In this document: positions 31,150 through 35,397 of the stretch, piece after piece
Layout of the letters: every line of letters starts with the position of its first letter
How positions within the stretch are numbered: position 1 is the first letter of the stretch
NCBI GenBank assembly: GCA_964626935.1
Contig: CAZVIU010000001.1
Location: 5,056-40,452 of the forward strand
DNA: 35,397 nt
Origin: an uncultured Gammaproteobacteria bacterium
Lineage (GTDB): Bacteria; Patescibacteriota; Patescibacteriia; CAZVIU01
Direction: 5' to 3'
Notes under the pieces: model-generated
What the model saw: the letters and a program-made list of their open reading frames with translations, nothing else
What the model was told of the DNA's origin: nothing
Databases searched by the model: none
Made by a program: the position numbers and the translations under genes

Positions 31150-33868
31150 TCTTAAGAGCATCTCGCTGGAGTTGCCAAAAAATAAATTGATTGTTTTTAC
31201 TGGTTTGTCTGGATCGGGCAAATCATCTTTAGCATTTGATACAATTTTTGCTGAAGGCCAGCGTAGATATATTGAATCGCTTTCTGCATATGCGCGGCAA
31301 TTCTTGGGAAAGATGGACAAACCCGATGTTGATGAAATTGAAGGACTTTCGCCAGCTATCTCAATAGATCAAAAAGCAGGGAGCGCTAATCCTCGTTCCA
31401 CAGTTGCCACCATTACAGAAGTTTATGATTATCTGCGGGTGTTATTCGCACGAATAGGTAAACCACATTGTGTATTATGTAAGAAGCCGATTAAGAAGCT
31501 CACCGTCGACGAGATAGTGGAGATTGTTATAAGGAAAGAGATTGAAGCTCACAAAGCTGAAAATTCGAAATATGAAGCGCGTTACCATGAAGCTGGATCT
31601 CGTTCGCGAGAAAACACGAAACAACCCCCAAAGTCTAAACTCCAAATTCTAAATTCTATAATCATTCTCGCCCCGGCCGTTCGTGGCAGAAAAGGGGAAT
31701 ACCATCAACTCCTGTATGATTTTTTAAATGCCGGATATAGCGAAGTACGCGTTGATGGAAAAATAAAATCCTTGCGTGATCGCATAGTACTTTCTCGTTA
31801 CCGGGCCCACACCATTGAATTAGTGGCTGATCGCGTGCCTTTAGGCTGGCCGCTAGAAGGCAATAAAAATTTTCGAACCCATCTTTATGAAGCCATTGAA
31901 ACAGCGTTGAAATACGGAAATAACGTGGTAACTATCATTTTAGATAATTGTTTGGAGATGACGATGTCGTCTGCCTTCAGTTGTCCCAACGATGGTTTTT
32001 CATTTCCAGAAATTGAACCGCGATTTTTTTCATTCAACAGCCCTTACGGCGCTTGCGAGACTTGCCATGGTTTAGGCACAGAATTTTTGTTTTCAGAAAC
32101 ACCTTGTCCTAAATGTTGCGGTGCGCGATTGAAAGACGAAGCTATGCATGTCCTAATCAAAGATAAAAATATTGTCGACATCACCGCTATGACTATAGGC
32201 GATGCTTATAATTTCTTCACTTCCATGCTTCACAGCATGGAAGTGGGTAGCTCGTCTCCTCAAATTTGGAAGAGCGATCGAGATGGGAGAGATTTAAAAA
32301 TTGCCGCACCAGCGCTTCGAGAGATTACCAACCGTTTGAAATTTATGTTTGATGTTGGCTTGGATTATTTGATGCTTGATCGCCGTGCGAGCACTTTGTC
32401 CGGCGGCGAAGCGCAAAGAATTCGTTTGGCCTCGCAAATTGGTTCGCGGCTTACCGGCACTCTTTATGTGCTAGATGAACCAACCATTGGTCTTCATCAG
32501 CGCGACAACGAAAAATTAATTAAAACACTGGAAGAGCTGCGCGATCTCGGCAATACCATTATTGTTGTTGAACACGATGAAGACACCATTCGTAAAAGTG
32601 ATTATTTGGTTGATTTTGGGCCGGGAGCAGGCCGGGCCGGAGGGCAAATCGTTGTAGCTGGAGAAACAACCAGTCTTTTGTCGTCGCGAGGAGTGAGCAG
32701 AGCGAGCGACGCGGCGATCTTGTCTCAAGGAGAGAGATTGCCACACCCCGCTTTAGTGGGACTCGCAACGACCGGCAACAGACAATCCCTTACCCTCCAA
32801 TACTTACGCGCCGAAGTAAAAATTGAAGTGCCGAAACAGAGAAGGGGAGAATCGCGAGAAAAACTAAAAATTGTTGGCGCGACAGAAAATAATTTAAAAA
32901 GTATTAATGTAGAAATTCCGCTGCGGCGTTTTGTTTGCGTAACTGGAGTTTCAGGATCAGGAAAATCAACACTTGTTTATGATGTTTTGCATCGAGCCTT
33001 GGCTAAGAAATTATATCGCTCGCGCCTAAACCCGGGTAAGCATAAGGCCTTACTCGGTCTTGAACATTTAGATCGAGTAGCAGAGATTGATCAGTCGCCA
33101 ATTGGCCGGACGCCGCGATCAAATCCAGCGACCTATACCGGAGTTTGGACTGAAATTCGCGATCTTTTTACCATGACTGAAGAGTCGCGTTTACGCGGCT
33201 GGAAACCGGGCCGATTCAGCTTTAATGTTCCTGGCGGTCGCTGTGAACACTGTGAGGGGCATGGCAGTTTAGCCATTGAAATGCATTTCCTGCCAACAGT
33301 TTATGTGAAATGCGATGTTTGTGAGGGCAAGAGATTTGATAAAGAAACACTAGAGGTTAAATATAAAAATAAAAATATTTCTGAAATTTTGCGTATGACC
33401 ATTGACGAAGCTGATGTTTTTTTCCGTGACATCCCGCCAGTTCACGACAAATTAAAAATTTTGCGCGAGGTTGGACTTGGATATTTAGAGCTTGGGCAAA
33501 GCGCCACCACCCTTTCCGGAGGCGAAGCGCAAAGGGTAAAGCTAGCGGCTGAACTTGGGGCGTCGCCTATAACTGAACGCCGCGGCCGAAGCTTGTACTT
33601 GCTTGACGAACCAACCGTTGGTTTACATTTTGAAGATGTAAAAAAGTTACTTGAAGTTTTACAGCGGCTCGTGAGCTTAGGAAATTCGGTGGTGGTGATT
33701 GAACATAACCTTGATGTTATAAAATGTGCTGATTGGATTATTGATTTAGGGCCAGATGGGGGAGACAAGGGTGGGGAAGTGGTGGTGGCAGGAACTCCGG
33801 AAGAAGTGGCAAGACGAGCTGCGTCGTATACCGGAAGATATCTAAAAAGAGTTTTGAGCAGCTCATAA
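31109..33868 (+). CDS. uvrA: Excinuclease ABC subunit A
   Basis: Two ABC modules (GLSGSGKSSLAF and GVSGSGKSTL Walker A; two LSGGEAQR signatures) and Zn-module cysteines. ATG 31109 overlaps the uvrB 3' end by 41 nt. Confidence 0.95.
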   Translation: MLDKIIIKGAREHNLKSISLELPKNKLIVFTGLSGSGKSSLAFDTIFAEGQRRYIESLSAYARQFLGKMDKPDVDEIEGLSPAISIDQKAGSANPRSTVATITEVYDYLRVLFARIGKPHCVLCKKPIKKLTVDEIVEIVIRKEIEAHKAENSKYEARYHEAGSRSRENTKQPPKSKLQILNSIIILAPAVRGRKGEYHQLLYDFLNAGYSEVRVDGKIKSLRDRIVLSRYRAHTIELVADRVPLGWPLEGNKNFRTHLYEAIETALKYGNNVVTIILDNCLEMTMSSAFSCPNDGFSFPEIEPRFFSFNSPYGACETCHGLGTEFLFSETPCPKCCGARLKDEAMHVLIKDKNIVDITAMTIGDAYNFFTSMLHSMEVGSSSPQIWKSDRDGRDLKIAAPALREITNRLKFMFDVGLDYLMLDRRASTLSGGEAQRIRLASQIGSRLTGTLYVLDEPTIGLHQRDNEKLIKTLEELRDLGNTIIVVEHDEDTIRKSDYLVDFGPGAGRAGGQIVVAGETTSLLSSRGVSRASDAAILSQGERLPHPALVGLATTGNRQSLTLQYLRAEVKIEVPKQRRGESREKLKIVGATENNLKSINVEIPLRRFVCVTGVSGSGKSTLVYDVLHRALAKKLYRSRLNPGKHKALLGLEHLDRVAEIDQSPIGRTPRSNPATYTGVWTEIRDLFTMTEESRLRGWKPGRFSFNVPGGRCEHCEGHGSLAIEMHFLPTVYVKCDVCEGKRFDKETLEVKYKNKNISEILRMTIDEADVFFRDIPPVHDKLKILREVGLGYLELGQSATTLSGGEAQRVKLAAELGASPITERRGRSLYLLDEPTVGLHFEDVKKLLEVLQRLVSLGNSVVVIEHNLDVIKCADWIIDLGPDGGDKGGEVVVAGTPEEVARRAASYTGRYLKRVLSSS
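31630..31664. repeat. Heptanucleotide array x5 inside the uvrA coding sequence
   Basis: AAAGTCT AAACTCC AAATTCT AAATTCT ATAATCA. It encodes KSKLQILNSII within a lineage-specific insertion. Confidence 0.75.
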
Positions 33869-33896
33869 TTTTCAATTTCTAATTTCTAGTTTTCAA
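33869..33896. repeat. Heptanucleotide array x4 starting at the uvrA stop
   Basis: TTTTCAA TTTCTAA TTTCTAG TTTTCAA, directly after TAA 33866-33868. Confidence 0.7.
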
Positions 33897-33935
33897 TTAA
33901 GGAATATTCTTTATGTTATTGAGAAAAGATAAGAA

Positions 33936-33962
33936 ATAAAAAAGACGCTCATGAGGAGCGTC
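33936..33962 (-). terminator. Terminator for the small membrane protein pair
   Basis: On the minus strand this reads GACGCTC-CTCAT-GAGCGTC followed by TTTTTTATT. It overlaps the last codons of 33949..34179. Confidence 0.65.
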
Positions 33963-34179
33963 GATGTGTTAACCTGAAGTTAAGCGTTCTAGTACATATT
34001 AAGTTAGTTATAATTGCTGCAAACAAGCCAAGATATCCGACTAGCCCCGCGCCTATAGCGATGCCTTCTGTAAGAACAGGAGATTCGCCCATCTGTTCAT
34101 CGCCTCGTATCATTAAGCCTTTAGTTAAACCATAGGCTAAAAATCCACAAACAATGTAGCTGATAACTAACCAGCTCAT
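33949..34179 (-). CDS. Small two-TM membrane protein (paralog A)
   Basis: GAGGAGGG SD. N-terminus MSWLVISYIVCGFLAYGLTKG and a second hydrophobic helix. Paralogous to the adjacent ORF. Confidence 0.45.
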   Translation of the reverse strand: MSWLVISYIVCGFLAYGLTKGLMIRGDEQMGESPVLTEGIAIGAGLVGYLGLFAAIITNLICTRTLNFRLTHRRSS

Positions 34180-34191
34180 GCTGTCCCTCCT

Positions 34192-34458
34192 CTATTTCAG
34201 GTCCAGATGTTGTCTAGAGGCGCAGAGTTCTCGTGGCATGCGGAAGCAGAGTCGTGAATAAATAAACCCTACAAACTCCATAATTATTACAAGCGGCCCG
34301 AGCGAAAAGTCGATCCAGCAGCTTATCTCATCTGCTCTTGAATAACCCCAGTGTGGCAACCCGACATGATATCTGCTGTAAATCTCTTTCAATTTATACT
34401 TAGATAGTCCGTATGAAAGTACTCCGCATACAATCCATCCGATCCAGAACCATGACAT
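34192..34458 (-). CDS. Small two-TM membrane protein (paralog B)
   Basis: AAGGAGG SD 7 nt before ATG 34458. N-terminus MSWFWIGWIVCGVLSYGLSKY parallels paralog A. The track ORF starts earlier, at 34485. Confidence 0.45.
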   Translation of the reverse strand: MSWFWIGWIVCGVLSYGLSKYKLKEIYSRYHVGLPHWGYSRADEISCWIDFSLGPLVIIMEFVGFIYSRLCFRMPRELCASRQHLDLK

Positions 34459-34561
34459 TATGCACCTCCTTTTGTAAGGAGCCACAAGCTATCCCCCAAA
34501 TCAGGGGTAGTCAAGATCACCACTGACCTCGACGTGAACATAATACTATAAATATCAAAAT

Positions 34562-35397
34562 ATGTCAAGACCGAAATTTCTAAATGCTAAACGCTATACG
34601 CTAGACGCTAAAATTTTGCCTCAAACGCCAGGAATATATTTGTTCAAGAATAAGAATGGGACGATTATTTATATAGGCAAGGCCGGGAATTTGCGTCGGC
34701 GAGTGGTTTCATATTGGCAAAAAAATCATCAAGATATTCGCATCAAAAATTTAGTTTCAGAAATTACTAAAATTGATTTTGAAGAGTCAAAAACGGTAAT
34801 TGAAGCGTTAATCCGCGAGGCCGAGCTAATCAAAAAATATCAGCCAAAATTTAATGTCCGCGAGAAAGACAACAAATCTTTTTTATATGTGATATTCACA
34901 AAAGAAAAGTTCCCTCGGCCGCTTCTTTTGCGTGATCAAGAACTAAAAGTAAATGTCCCGGCCAGGACATTTACTAAATCACAAAAAATAAACAAGTTAG
35001 CCAAAATCAAAGCTTTAATAAATAGAAAATATATATTTGGGCCATTTGTGCAGGCTAGTTCGATTCGCGTAGCCTTACGCATTTTACGCAGGATTTTTCC
35101 ATACTCAACTTGTCAGACGAGAATACAGAATAAAGAATTTAGAATTCAGGCTAAAGCTTGTTTTGATTATCAAATCGGTCTTTGCCCCGGCGCTTGTCTT
35201 GGCGCGATTTCACGCCAAGCCCATCTAAAAAATATTCGTAATTTGATTTTATTTTTCCGTGGAAAAAAACAGCAGATTTTGCGCAATCTAAAACGTGAAA
35301 TGAAACAATTTGCCAAGGCAGAAGATTTTGAAGGCGCGGCCAAACTAAGGAATCAAATTTATGCTCTAGAGCATATTAAAGACACTGCCCTTATAAA
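34562..35397 (+). CDS. uvrC: Excinuclease ABC subunit C (5' partial, continues past the window end)
   Basis: Not in the ORF track because it is open-ended. Translation from ATG 34562 gives PGIYLFKNKNGTIIYIGKAGNLRRRVVSYW (GIY-YIG), a Cys-rich segment C-x16-C-x7-CPGAC and a UVR-like FEGAAKLRNQIYALE. Confidence 0.9.
   Translation, partial: MSRPKFLNAKRYTLDAKILPQTPGIYLFKNKNGTIIYIGKAGNLRRRVVSYWQKNHQDIRIKNLVSEITKIDFEESKTVIEALIREAELIKKYQPKFNVREKDNKSFLYVIFTKEKFPRPLLLRDQELKVNVPARTFTKSQKINKLAKIKALINRKYIFGPFVQASSIRVALRILRRIFPYSTCQTRIQNKEFRIQAKACFDYQIGLCPGACLGAISRQAHLKNIRNLILFFRGKKQQILRNLKREMKQFAKAEDFEGAAKLRNQIYALEHIKDTALI
34581..34615. repeat. Heptanucleotide array x5 (TAR-N4) inside the first 18 codons of uvrC
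   Basis: TAAATGC TAAACGC TATACGC TAGACGC TAAAATT. Only the unit in the uvrC frame (34595) reads TAT rather than a stop triplet. Confidence 0.8.

Noticed and set aside
1-35397. Mobile element, prophage, defence island or diversity-generating retroelement.
   Set aside because: No integrase, transposase, reverse transcriptase, phage structural gene, terminal inverted repeats flanking a gene block, or long template/variable repeat pair was detected. The gene content is housekeeping plus accessory transport and envelope functions.
1-35397. tRNA, rRNA, tmRNA or RNase P genes in the larger intergenic gaps (2943-3118, 6213-6447, 21855-22323, 28827-29052).
   Set aside because: I found no T-arm GGTTCGAATCC-like box, no CCA-proximal acceptor pairing, no RNase P GGAAAGTCC-type P4 sequence and no tmRNA tag/tRNA-like end.

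Overview
Chromosomal window from a moderately AT-rich bacterium with short genes and mostly strong AGGAGG-type ribosome-binding sites. Gene content resembles uncultivated small-genome lineages such as Patescibacteria/CPR, but that taxonomic call is inference only. I recognised no rRNA, tRNA, CRISPR array, transposase, integrase or reverse transcriptase. Gene order: (1) an envelope block with two GT2 glycosyltransferases, mreB, a GT4 glycosyltransferase and an MsbA-like ABC exporter; (2) a divergent Mg2+ transporter pair (a CorA-like protein lacking the GMN signature and an MgtE lacking the N-domain), followed by a secreted protein and a Nudix hydrolase; (3) glyA, two small hypotheticals, a beta-barrel-like secreted protein and a membrane-anchored hypothetical; (4) an 8-kb same-strand NAD island, nrtR-nadK-nadM-pncA-pncB-nadE, plus a fusion of a nucleoside-2-deoxyribosyltransferase-like domain with a Nudix domain; (5) a Cys-rich zinc-finger-like protein, a 470-nt repeat-rich non-coding island, two MFS transporters, a secreted protein with three thrombospondin-type-1-like Cys repeats, DoxX and two HAD-fold proteins; (6) uvrB-uvrA, two small paralogous membrane proteins on the opposite strand, and the 5' part of uvrC. 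Most unusual signals: (a) 4-5 unit heptanucleotide tandem arrays, often TAR-N4, recur next to start and stop codons, especially of genes without a Shine-Dalgarno site, and also sit inside lineage-specific insertions of UvrA and UvrB; (b) a conserved ~30-nt hairpin element followed by a second GC hairpin occurs twice in the NAD island, before nadM and pncA, and could be an NrtR operator or a new cis-regulatory RNA; (c) long perfect palindromes of 36 and 38 bp flank the NDT-like/Nudix fusion and the Cys-rich gene. All functional calls come from motif recognition by eye; no database search was run.
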